Of a stretch of DNA of 64,000 bases, positions 43,501 through 55,400 are shown piece by piece. The DNA is from the human T2T-CHM13v2.0 reference genome, Homo sapiens, in NCBI RefSeq assembly GCF_009914755.1, contig NC_060926.1; one strand, written 5' to 3'. The first letter of the stretch is position 1. Each line of letters starts with the position of its first letter. The translations under genes and the position numbers were made by a program. The notes under the pieces are model-generated. The model ran no database searches and had not been told where the DNA came from. It was given only the letters and a program-made list of their open reading frames with translations.

Positions 43501-44964
43501 AGGAAGGGATGGTAATCAAGAGGTAGAGTTCTGTTTCTCGATTTTGGTTGGTATTAGTTAGCATAGGACACATGTTACCTCTGTTTTTCTTTTTCTTTAG
43601 AATATTTTATTTTTTTTGTAAACTTTTTATCTGTAATTTCATTTCCCTGTAAGACTCTAAGTTTCAGCCTTTTGTTGGACATTTATGTTTATTTATATCC
43701 TAGTGTCTCTGGTTTTAAGATTATTTGTGTCTATGTTGGATTGAAATATTATATACATATATATCTTTAATATACATCTACATAAAACTTCTGAAATGCA
43801 TTCTTTATTGTGAATTGAATGTCTTTATGTAAGCTGCATTTTTAGTTTGTCAAATAAATATTGTTATTTATATGACTAATATGTTTGACGACTCAGTTGA
43901 GAGTGCATCTTTTATATGTTCTTTTTATGAATCTTCAGAATTTTGGGCCTCTGGAATATAGCTCTATAAATAATACTTTTAGAGCAGGAGGAGACAGAGT
44001 TCTAGCAGCTAAAACTAGCATTGCTTATTCAGAATCCTCCCTTTTTTGACAGCAAAATTTTGTACTTTTAAGCCAATTATTTTCTTTATTAAAAATGATT
44101 CTTTGCTCTTTCTAGCTAAATATTACCAAAGCATAATCGTTTTGAGTCAAAGAAGAGTTAAAATTAATGGAATGATAACACTTCTCTCAGAAATTTATGC
44201 AATATATCTGCATAATTCATGCTTTGGTATATATTTGGCATTCTTGTTTCAAGGGAATTTCAAGCTAACTGAGCCTTTTTATATCATTAATTATATATAT
44301 ATATATTTACATATATTGCATAGATAGAGATATGATCACAGGAATGTATTAAACAATACTGACAATGCCTAGCCCAATGCCGTTGAGATAACCAATGTTC
44401 AATAACTATTGTTTGAATAAATAAATGCATGAGTGAAGCTCTACAAGGTCACTCTTGTTTAAAAATTTAGTGCTTTCAAAGAAAAAAGTCACTACATTAA
44501 AATGTTTTGAATGTTTTAACATTATCAGTTTAAGAGCTAATAATCCAACTAGCATACTCTCATAACTTTAGGCAGAGTTACTATTGAATTAAGTAAAACT
44601 GGAGCCTTTACTTCTGAGCATATTGAGTCACACAAAGAATTAGGACTTGGAATTGCCTTAACTCTTCTTTTCCCTTAATGTTATTTTCCTATTTTTATAA
44701 ATAAAAAATGAAGATAAATAATTGTCTTTCAGTGTCATCATAAATATCTCAACATAGTTATTCAATGTCATAGTAATTCTGCCCAATGCATCCCACTACA
44801 GTTTCTATATGATCCTTGACAACATGTCAAATCCATTAACTCAGTGAATAACAATTCACAAAACAACATAGAAACGAGTTTGTTTAGCATCATGAATATC
44901 TTTTTCTTTTCCTATGTTGAAAGAATCCTTACCTCTGTGTATGTGTTTGCTCTCTTTGTACACA

Positions 44965-45052
44965 GATTTTTTATTTTAGATTCAGGAGGGTACATGTGCA
45001 TGTTTGTTACATGGATATATTGCATAATGGTGGGATCTGGGCTTCTAGTGTA
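44965..45052 (-). mobile_element. L1PB/L1MA extreme 3' end fragment
   Basis: ttttagattcaggagggtacatgtgcatgtttgttacatggatatattgcataatggtg. Confidence 0.7.
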
Positions 45053-48000
45053 TTTATTGCTTTCTTGGTACAGACTTCTTCTTGCTCTGATGGTGTCAGC
45101 TACCCTTTACAGCATCACAGAACTGCACATATTTTTCCATAGATGTTCTGATCTATGAACATCTGTGAAGAGACTCCTCTTTCTGAGTGCACTTTGTAAA
45201 GTGATTGATATATTATTGCTAGTGTGAAAGGGATGACCAACCAAAATGACAACAACAAAAAAAATCATAGGTTTATATGGAAGAATTTGGAATCTCAATT
45301 TTGAAAGCAGATTAAAAATTATAAAATTTTCACACTACTAAAAAAAAGTGACTACTGTATTTACCCATGTATTTACTCCTTGACATTTTATTGGCTATCT
45401 ACTGTGTACCTGGAAGCTAATCATTGGGATTTGAGGATGCATGTGATAGACAGAGTTCTGTTAAAGGAGAGAATCATATTAGCAAATGATGACTATGAAA
45501 TGTGATAGGTAGATAATACAGATGTGTGCTAATATCACAGGAATAGAAAAAGCAAGAATAGTGCACCCTGTATAGAAGTCAGGAAAGGTTTCAAAAAGAA
45601 AGTAATTTTTGAGCTAAGTCTTTAAGAGGGTATAATGAATGTGGAAAAGCCTTTACATAAAGCTCACACCTTAGAGATGTCAAGTTGCATATTGTAATTT
45701 TTAAGAGAAAATTAATAAAAATAAAAAGAGAAACCTCAGGGCAAAAGGAAAAAATTCAATGTTTGAATTTTAATGTATCTAAATCCAGACAATCACAATG
45801 GTCACCCACAAATTGCTATGCTCATCACTTAAAAGAAAAAATGAACTGATTATTCTTTCAAAGCTTGAATCCACTGACATTTTTGCTCACATGAACAGCC
45901 TGTTTTTGGTATTGTTTATGTCTGTTTGACAAAGATGTAAATAACATTAATATATCATAACTGTTTCTAGTTTTATTAAAAATGAGATCAGTAAAAATGC
46001 TGTATTACTGGCATTGAACATGAACTTCCATTTTTTCCACTCTAGTGAGACAGTTACCCTCTACTATTCTGCCAGTCTTTCCCCATAGGTTTTTCTATTG
46101 GATATACTTCCAAGAGTCACAATAATAGTGAGTCGCCATAAAAAAAAAAGTTTTTTTAAAGCCTGTCCTTTTTCCTTACTCATTGCACTAGAATGAGTTT
46201 GCAATTTTATTGGGAAATTTACAATGTCTTTCCCTATAATGATATAAGAATGAAAAGTTGAATAGGCAGGATACGAACTGCTTCCTGTGCAGGAGAAATC
46301 TCCTTAGAAGATGTGCATATCAACAATAGATTTTTGTGATATAGTTGGTTAATATATAAGCTGACATCAGACTGATGTGAGCTATGCAAACACCATAATA
46401 TTGTCTTGCTGTTGTACTGCATTTTCTTTTTTAGATTTCAAAGTTAGAGCATATACATCATCTCTTTTTCTTTCCTTTAATGCCTCATGAGATGAAAGAC
46501 ATGAGTTTAAGTGTGACTTCATGATTTTTCCCAAGATTATAACATACCTAGTAAAGGAAAGAGTTAGGACTAATCTCCCATTCCTGAATACTGGTTAATT
46601 GACCTGTGAACAAAATAACATTTGTCTCTTGCAGACTGGTCTATATTTAAATTTAATTTTCAGCAACCAATTTTATGAATTATTGGTGTGAATTTATGAA
46701 TGGTGACCCGAACAGAGTTGTTTATAACATTTTATTTAATTTGATTTCTGCCTGAGCATTACGATGATCCAGCTTTCTACCTAACCCTATACTCTATAGA
46801 CACCAACAATTAGAAAGTCAGATTTTAAATCCAAACTAAACTAGTTGCAAAATATGAAACAGTAAATGGTAGAAACAAAAGCTTGGGATATTTTAAGGAA
46901 TATTTTATGTAAGTTACAGTAACTAGAGGGCAGTAAAATTGATGCATTGATGCTAACATACCAAACTAGTATGGCAATTACAGTTCTATTTGGAAATAGC
47001 ACATAAATGCTGAAGTAGAAACTTACGACTTTAAACAAAATTTATGTACATTTGTACTGTTTATTTTGTGTCATCTCCTACAAGAAAACATATTTACAGA
47101 TGATAGGCATAGATTGTTTTTACTCAAGTAGATACATATTAACTACAAAGTGTTTGTCCCAGAAAATAACTTTTAAAATATGTGTCAAAATTACATTTAT
47201 TTACAGTTTTTCTATTCCAAATATTTTGCATTTTTCTCAACACAGAGATTTATGTCACTAACTCTACTCTTTCAGATTGGTGGCAGGTATCTGAAACTCA
47301 AATTTCCATGGGTACCAGACAAGTTTTGTTGCTTTTTTTTTTAAATGTCATCTTGCTCTTAAATATTAGCAAGTGATAGTGATGGTGGCCAACTACAAGG
47401 TATATGCCCAACTAAAAGCCAGACTCTGCCATGTTAAAATATGAACACAGTGTTACCATGTCTTCAGAGTTTTTAAAAGCAGAAAGAATTTTTTATTTTT
47501 GTAGATGTTACCTAATTCGAAACTTTAAAATCACTGTGTGGGCCAAATAAAGCACATCCCCAGGCCTCAGCGGGCATGTAGGCCTCTAGGCGGAGACATG
47601 ATTCTATAGAAATGATCACGGTGCCCCTCATAGGGACCTTGGTTCTGATCAGGTGCACATTCTCCTTTGCTACTTCACTGTTTAATTGGTACTTCCTATT
47701 TCTCAGTGTGTGCATAAGAAAGCCATAGAATATTCCCACTATATGCCTAATAGATGGAAAGACTTGTCACAGAGGTAAAGAGCTGTCATTAGTGCCCATG
47801 CATTTTTTTTATATCTGCAGTTGTCAATGATTGTTATTGCTGTCTCTAGCATAATGCTATTGGTAGCCTCAAATAAAACTTGATTATGCAAGGCACCTTG
47901 TTATATGGAATTCTGATTCTTTGAACTTGAAGGAATGAATATGGATCCTTCTCAAGAAACTAAAGCACTTTGTTCATTGTTCTATCCTCAGTTTTGAGAA

Positions 48001-48771
48001 CATTCCTCGCAAGTAGGTGTTTGAATAGAATTAATGTATCAGTGAAAGTTTGCTATCTTATTCATGTATGCATTCCTCACTTATTCATTATGTGAACTTT
48101 TCCTTAGCACAAACTGTGTGTTAAACATATTATCAAATATCACTTGAAATATGTGGATTATTAACTATGCCTAGGAAGCATTCTGCTTGGAAAAAAAATT
48201 ACAGTGGTCTTCAATTTAATGAGATACAATCTACATTTAAACGTGTAAGTCCATATTTTGTCTTTGGCTTTTTGTAGGACTTCTAGGAAGGCCTCAACTT
48301 TTTTTTCTTAATTCTCCTTCCTAGAAAAGCATAAGATCAGATTTTACTATAACATCTCTAACTACATGACTAACTGCTCCTTGGTTGATGAGATTTTAAA
48401 CCCTGTACACCAAATACCCTTGAGGGAAAAAGTCTCATACATCTACTGGCATTAATTTTATACCAATTATTAGTTTAAGATATTGGGATTTGATAGTGTA
48501 AAGTGTTTTAACTTACTGCAAAAAACGTTTTAGTATACTATTTTAATTAATAATGATAATATACCCATGCTCACTTGACTATTCTATACTAAGACAAATT
48601 TTTAAAAGTCAAATCTCAAAAATAATATTTATTATTCATTTGGATATCAAGATAAAAGTGAAGTCCCACCTTCAGGCACATTCAAAAACATGTTATTGTA
48701 AAGAGTCATCTGTCTGTATCCTTATTTTTGAATGTTAAGATTTTTAGCAGTATGCTAACTGCTTCATCATA

Positions 48772-48797
48772 TCAATCAATCAATCAATCAATCAATC
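48772..48797 (+). repeat. (TCAA)n microsatellite, ~6 units
   Basis: Directly visible. Confidence 0.9.
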
Positions 48798-49165
48798 ATA
48801 TACTTGTGTCAGAATCATATTCTGTAGTAAAAGCAGGACTGGATCACCAAAATTAATAGGAGCTCCAAGTTTGCAATTCATTCAGGTTCAACTGTTCTAA
48901 CTTAACCAAAATTAAGAGTAGTTCCACATGTGAAGATAGGGAGACATAAACTAGCATAATAATTTATATTGGTTACATTTAATGGTTATATTCTTCAACT
49001 GAACTCTGGATATGTCATTGTACTGGATGGCCAATTTGAAGACTAGTATGTCTTTTTGTAACATAAAAATGTGGCTTGTAAACAACAAAAAAAATACATA
49101 TATATTTTTTCAGGCTCATCTTTCTCATACTGGGTAATACATCATTAACATTTTTGCTTGCTAAG

Positions 49166-49644
49166 TGTAGCAGGCAGAATAATGGTCTCCAGATATAACT
49201 ATGTCCCAATCCCCAGAATTTGTGAATACATTAAATTACATGGCAAAGGAGAATTAAGTTGCAGATGGAATTAAGGCTGCTAATTAGATGATTTTATGAC
49301 AATGAGATAATATTTGCTTATCTGGGTTGGTCCAATGTAATCATAAGGGTCCTTAAAAGTGGAAGACAGTGTCAGTTAGATGGCAGTGTGAGAAGTTCTC
49401 AGTCTGATAGAGGCAAGGGCTGTTAGCCCAGGAAAGTGGGCAGCCTCTAGAAGCTGCAAAAGGCAAGGGAATGGATTGTCCCCTCCAGCCTGCAGAACAG
49501 AATGCATGCTATCTGATACCTGCCAACACCCAGGAAGACTCATTCAGGGCTTCTGACCTATAGAAGTATAAGATCCTAAGATTATGCCATTTTAAGCCAC
49601 TAAACTTGTGGTAATTTGTTATAGCAGCCAAGAAAACTAATATA
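49166..49644 (+). mobile_element. MaLR solo LTR (MLT1D-like), ending ~110 nt upstream of the 49755 exon
   Basis: Starts tgtagcaggcagaataatgg and ends ttgtggtaatttgttatagcagccaagaaaactaatata; flanks CTAAG/CTAAA. Confidence 0.87.
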
Positions 49645-49754
49645 CTAAAGAATCTCATTTTTTTTTCAGAAATTGTCACTGAAATTGCACAAATAAAAAA
49701 AGTTAAAATTTTTACTTTTCTTAAGGCATTGTCTGTCTGTCTGTGTGCTTTCAG

Positions 49755-49865
49755 GAGGCAATTCATAGCAGCCAGGTTGGCACTTCAAGAAGCAGCCAGG
49801 AAATGGCAAGAAATGAACAAGAAGGGTCCAAAGTACAGAAAATTGATGTTCATGGAACAGAAATG
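49755..49865 (+). CDS. XIRP2: XIRP2 coding exon, 111 nt: [37 protein letters not shown]
   Basis: Acceptor tgtgctttcAG ends at 49754; donor ATG|GTAACT at 49866; phase 0-0, no stops. Found by reading splice sites; not in the ORF track. Confidence 0.9.
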
Positions 49866-50031
49866 GTAACTATTTAGAAAGGCAGTACTTTCAAACAGTT
49901 TCCAGGACTGTATGGAAATTATGACTTTGTTGTAAGCATTTGCATTTATTGTCACTCATGTATCTAGTATCAATACCTATCAGTGTTTCTTTCTCCACTT
50001 TCAAGTTGGAATTCTTTTAAAAGTAAAATAG

Positions 50032-50394
<363 letters not shown>

Positions 50395-50563
50395 TTATAA
50401 GCGAATCTATGTATTAAAATAAATGATAGCAGCTTAATTAGCATCTCTCAATGTACACTAAAGTCTTGGGTGAAAATCACTGTAAAATGAAGAGTATTAT
50501 TTGTAGTACTAAAATAATTGACTTCTTAAAAACAATTTATTTTCAAATTCTCTTTAAATACAG

Positions 50564-50636
50564 GTCTCTCATCTTGAAAAGCACACCGAGGAAGTAAACC
50601 AAGCATCTCAGTTTCATCAATATGTTCAAGAAACTG
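50564..50636 (+). CDS. XIRP2: XIRP2 coding exon, 73 nt: [24 protein letters not shown]+G
   Basis: Acceptor tctctttaaatacAG ends at 50563; donor CTG|GTAAGA at 50637; phase 0 to 1, completed by the next 134-nt exon. Confidence 0.9.
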
Positions 50637-51469
50637 GTAAGAGTCTGGTATTATTGGTTCCAATACTCCTTTCTCCTATTGATGTGTTTGATTTTGAATG
50701 GATGACTTCCAAAGCACAGTCCTCCCCTCTGAGTAACTTTAGTAACTATGACTCATGGTTCCAGGGAGAGCTGAGTAGTATTTCTACAAATAATTAGATT
50801 TTGCCTGTGGTCATAGGTGCAATAAGTTTCTAAAATAGTTTATTGGCCATCAGTCCTATGATATATCCATTCTAAACCCTAAAGCTAACCACCTCTGAAT
50901 TCCTTTTTGCCTCAGGGACCTACAGTAAAACTTAATGTTTATCAAGCTCCCTGAGAATAGAGTTGTTATCTAGACTGAATTAATTTTAATAACAGATTTA
51001 AGTACTATTAAGTCTGGCTCTCCAACCTGTAGATATGAGATTAGACTACAGCCAAATTTCTGCAAGTTTGCACAAGACTGGACATAGTTTGTCTTGTCTA
51101 TAAAAATGGAATGGGTTTTGCTACCCTGAAGAGCTAAAAAAAAACATTTAAGCCAACTGTGACCGAAACTTTACTTGATTACATGACTATATCTTTATTT
51201 TGATTTTGTTGCTTAAGGAAGTAGGTCTTCTGAAATTCCTTTTCTTGTTTTATACATTTTATTATTTTTTCCTGAGCATAAAAGTAGAACATACTTGTAG
51301 AAAATTTGGAAAATCCAGAGATAACCAACATTTTTCTTCCTGTATTGTCTTACTATAGTTCTTCCTATATTCCTAAATTACATAATGAAATAATGCCATA
51401 TGCATGCTTGTACCTTGAATCTTTTTACTTAATGTACACTGTGAGAAGTTTCCCATAGCATTATAATTT

Positions 51470-51608
51470 TATCTTTTTTAATAATTTCTGTAGAGACAGG
51501 GTCTGGCTATGTTGCCCAGGCTGGTCTCACACCCTTGGGCTCAAGTAATCTTCGCACCTCAGTCTCCCAAAGTATTGGGATTACAGGCATGAGCCACCAT
51601 GCCCAGCC
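51470..51608 (-). mobile_element. Alu monomer (FLAM-like), antisense, ~70 nt upstream of the 51676 exon
   Basis: tgtagagacagggtctggctatgttgcccaggctggtctc...gagccaccatgcccagcc; single arm only. Confidence 0.85.
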
Positions 51609-51675
51609 ATAATTTCTTCTTAAACATAATTTTTAGTAATTACATAGTAACCCTGGTGTGTTTTTCTGTTTGTAG

Positions 51676-51809
51676 TCATTGATACACCTGAGGATGAAGA
51701 GATTCCAAAGGTTTCGACTAAGTTGTTAAAAGAGCAGTTTGAAAAGTCTGCCCAGGAAAAGATCCTTTATTCTGACAAAGAGATGACAACCCCAGCCAAG
51801 CAGATTAAG
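51676..51809 (+). CDS. XIRP2: XIRP2 coding exon, 134 nt: (V)[44 protein letters not shown]
   Basis: Acceptor tttttctgtttgtAG ends at 51675; donor AAG|GTAAAG at 51810; phase 1 to 0; 73+134=207 nt restores the frame. Confidence 0.92.
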
Positions 51810-52467
51810 GTAAAGTCATTTCTTTACACAGAAACATACTAAGTGTAAGACCAAGCTTAAATGTGTAACATTTTCAAATTATTGAATACTTGAGGTGGCT
51901 TTTCAACAAAAAAAAATTCTGAACTGGCATTTATTCAGTTCTGTAAGGAGAATATTGACCTGCATGCAAAAGGAGGTAGAGTAAAAACTTTTCTCACTAG
52001 CAGAAAATAAGGGATGAAAAAATTATATATGTTCTAAAGTCTAATAATTAACATTAAAGTAATTAAATCAATTTTAAATGCCAGATGCTTACTCTGTTCT
52101 GTTTTAAATTCCAAGGAAAATGAAACAACCCTCAAAAGTACTTTAAGACTTTTACTGTTTCCCTCTAGATTACTCTGCATACCACATTAAGGGAAAAAGA
52201 ATCACGATTATGTGTAAATTTTAAAATATTGAGTCCTTGTTGCATTGAATAGCAAATATAACTTTACAAGTAAAAATGGATTATAGGAGAGATAGTGACA
52301 AATATTGACTATTATTCCTAAGTTGGTCTTTAAATGAGTATATCACATATTGTTCCCAATGGAGATATCATAGGAGGGTCCAGGTTACAGACCAATGAAG
52401 GGCAGTGCCTAGGAAGCCTCTGCCACTACACTCACCTTTATAAGATTTGATTTTCTCTCCCCTAAAG

Positions 52468-55400
52468 ACTGAAAGTGAATATGAAGAGACTTTCAAGCCA
52501 TCATCAGTTGTGAGTACCTCTTCCACTTCTTGCGTTTCAACCAGCCAGAGGAAGGAAACATCAACTACAAGATATAGTGATCACAGTGTCACTTCCTCAA
52601 CTCTGGCACAAATTAATGCTACTTCTTCAGGAATGACAGAAGAATTTCCTCCTCCCCCACCTGACGTACTTCAAACTTCAGTAGATGTGACAGCATTTTC
52701 CCAGTCCCCTGAACTGCCCAGTCCTCCTAGAAGACTACCAGTCCCCAAAGATGTATATTCCAAGCAAAGAAATTTGTATGAATTAAACCGTTTATATAAA
52801 CACATCCATCCTGAGTTAAGAAAAAACTTAGAAAAAGATTATATCAGTGAAGTTTCTGAGATTGTTTCTAGTCAAATGAACTCAGGGAGTTCAGTCTCAG
52901 CAGATGTGCAACAAGCCCGGTATGTTTTTGAAAACACAAATGACAGTTCTCAAAAAGATCTGAACTCAGAAAGAGAATACTTGGAATGGGATGAAATTCT
53001 GAAGGGAGAGGTGCAGTCCATTAGATGGATCTTTGAGAATCAACCATTGGATTCCATCAACAATGGCTCTCCTGATGAAGGTGATATTTCCAGGGGCATT
53101 GCTGATCAAGAAATCATTGCTGGTGGCGATGTGAAATATACCACATGGATGTTTGAAACCCAAGCCATCGACACACTTGGGGCTCATTCTTCTGACACTG
53201 TAGAAAATGCAGAGAAAATTCCTGAGCTAGCCAGAGGAGATGTCTGCACAGCTCGGTGGATGTTTGAAACAAGGCCATTGGACTCAATGAATAAAATGCA
53301 TCAAAGTCAAGAAGAATCAGCGGTAACTATCAGTAAGGACATAACTGGGGGGGATGTCAAGACTGTGAGATACATGTTTGAAACTCAACATCTAGATCAA
53401 CTTGGACAGCTTCATTCAGTGGATGAGGTTCATTTACTGCAGCTTAGGTCTGAGCTCAAAGAAATTAAGGGAAATGTTAAAAGAAGTATAAAATGTTTCG
53501 AAACTCAACCATTATATGTTATTAGAGATGGTTCGGGCCAAATGCTGGAAATTAAAACTGTTCACAGAGAAGACGTTGAAAAGGGAGATGTAAGAACAGC
53601 ACGGTGGATGTTTGAAACACAGCCGTTGGACACAATTAACAAAGATATCACAGAAATTAAAGTTGTCCGAGGAATATCCATGGAAGAAAATGTCAAAGGT
53701 GGGGTGAGTAAGGCAAAGTGGTTATTTGAAACCCAACCTTTGGAGAAAATCAAAGAGTCAGAAGAGGTCATCATTGAAAAGGAAAAAATAATAGGTACAG
53801 ATGTCTCCAGAAAGTGTTGGATGTTTGAAACCCAGCCATTAGACATTCTAAAAGAAGTTCCTGATGCAGATTCTCTACAACGTGAGGAGATAATAGGTGG
53901 TGATGTACAAACTACTAAGCATCTATTTGAAACACTTCCAATTGAAGCATTAAAAGACAGTCCTGATATAGGAAAGCTTCAAAAAATCACTGCCTCTGAA
54001 GAAGAAAAAGGGGATGTTAGGCATCAAAAATGGATTTTTGAAACCCAACCTCTGGAAGACATTAGAAAAGATAAAAAGGAGTACACACGAACAGTGAAAC
54101 TTGAAGAAGTTGACAGAGGAGATGTGAAGAATTACACACATATCTTTGAATCAAACAATTTAATTAAATTTGATGCATCACATAAAATAGAGGTGGAAGG
54201 AGTTACAAGAGGTGCTGTAGAGTTAAATAAATCTCTCTTCGAGACAACACCACTGTATGCCATTCAAGATCCCCTTGGAAAATATCATCAAGTAAAGACA
54301 GTCCAGCAAGAAGAAATCGTAAGAGGTGATGTAAGAAGCTGTAGGTGGCTTTTTGAAACAAGGCCCATTGACCAGTTTGATGAAAGCATTCATAAATTTC
54401 AAATAATTAGAGGAATATCTGCTCAAGAAATACAGACTGGAAATGTGAAATCTGCCAAATGGTTGTTTGAAACCCAACCTCTTGATTCAATTAAATATTT
54501 TAGTGATGTGGAAGAAACAGAAAGTAAAACTGAACAAACTAGAGATATTGTTAAAGGGGATGTCAAAACCTGTAAATGGCTTTTTGAGACCCAGCCAATG
54601 GAGTCTCTTTATGAAAAAGTTTCGTTAATGACCAGCAGTGAAGAAATTCATAAGGGAGATGTCAAAACTTGTACTTGGCTCTTTGAAACTCAGCCACTTG
54701 ATACCATAAAAGATGACTCTGAAACAGCAGTCAAATTGCAAACTGTAAAACAGGAGGAGATCCAAGGTGGGGATGTTCGTACAGCATGTTTTCTTTTTGA
54801 GACAGAAAATTTGGACAGCATACAAGGAGAAGAAGTGAAGGAAATCAAGCCTGTTGAAATGGATATACAAGCTGGAGATGTTTCCAGCATGAGGTATAAA
54901 TTTGAAAATCAGTCCTTAGATTCTATAAGTTCTAGTTCAGAGGAAGTTTTGAAAAAGATCAAAACCTTAAAAACTGAAGATATTCAGAAAGGCAATGTTT
55001 TAAATTGTAGGTGGCTTTTTGAAAACCAACCAATTGATAAGATAAAAGAAAGCCAAGAAGGTGATGAATGTGTTAAGACGGTGACAGACATACAAGGTGG
55101 GGATGTAAGAAAGGGGTGCTTTATTTTTGAGACTTTTTCTTTAGATGAGATTAAAGAAGAATCTGACTATATCAGCACCAAGAAAACAATTACTGAAGAA
55201 GTAATACAGGGTGATGTAAAAAGCTACAGAATGCTCTTTGAAACCCAGCCACTCTATGCAATTCAAGACCGAGAAGGGTCCTATCATGAAGTGACCACAG
55301 TTAAAAAAGAAGAGGTAATTCATGGAGATGTGCGAGGAACAAGGTGGCTTTTTGAAACAAAGCCATTAGACTCTATTAATAAATCAGAAACTGTGTATGT

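Noticed and set aside
52447-52467. ORF-track start of the 3135-aa ORF (MIFSPLK)
   Set aside because: It begins at a TTG inside the intronic pyrimidine tract; the real entry is the splice acceptor at 52468.
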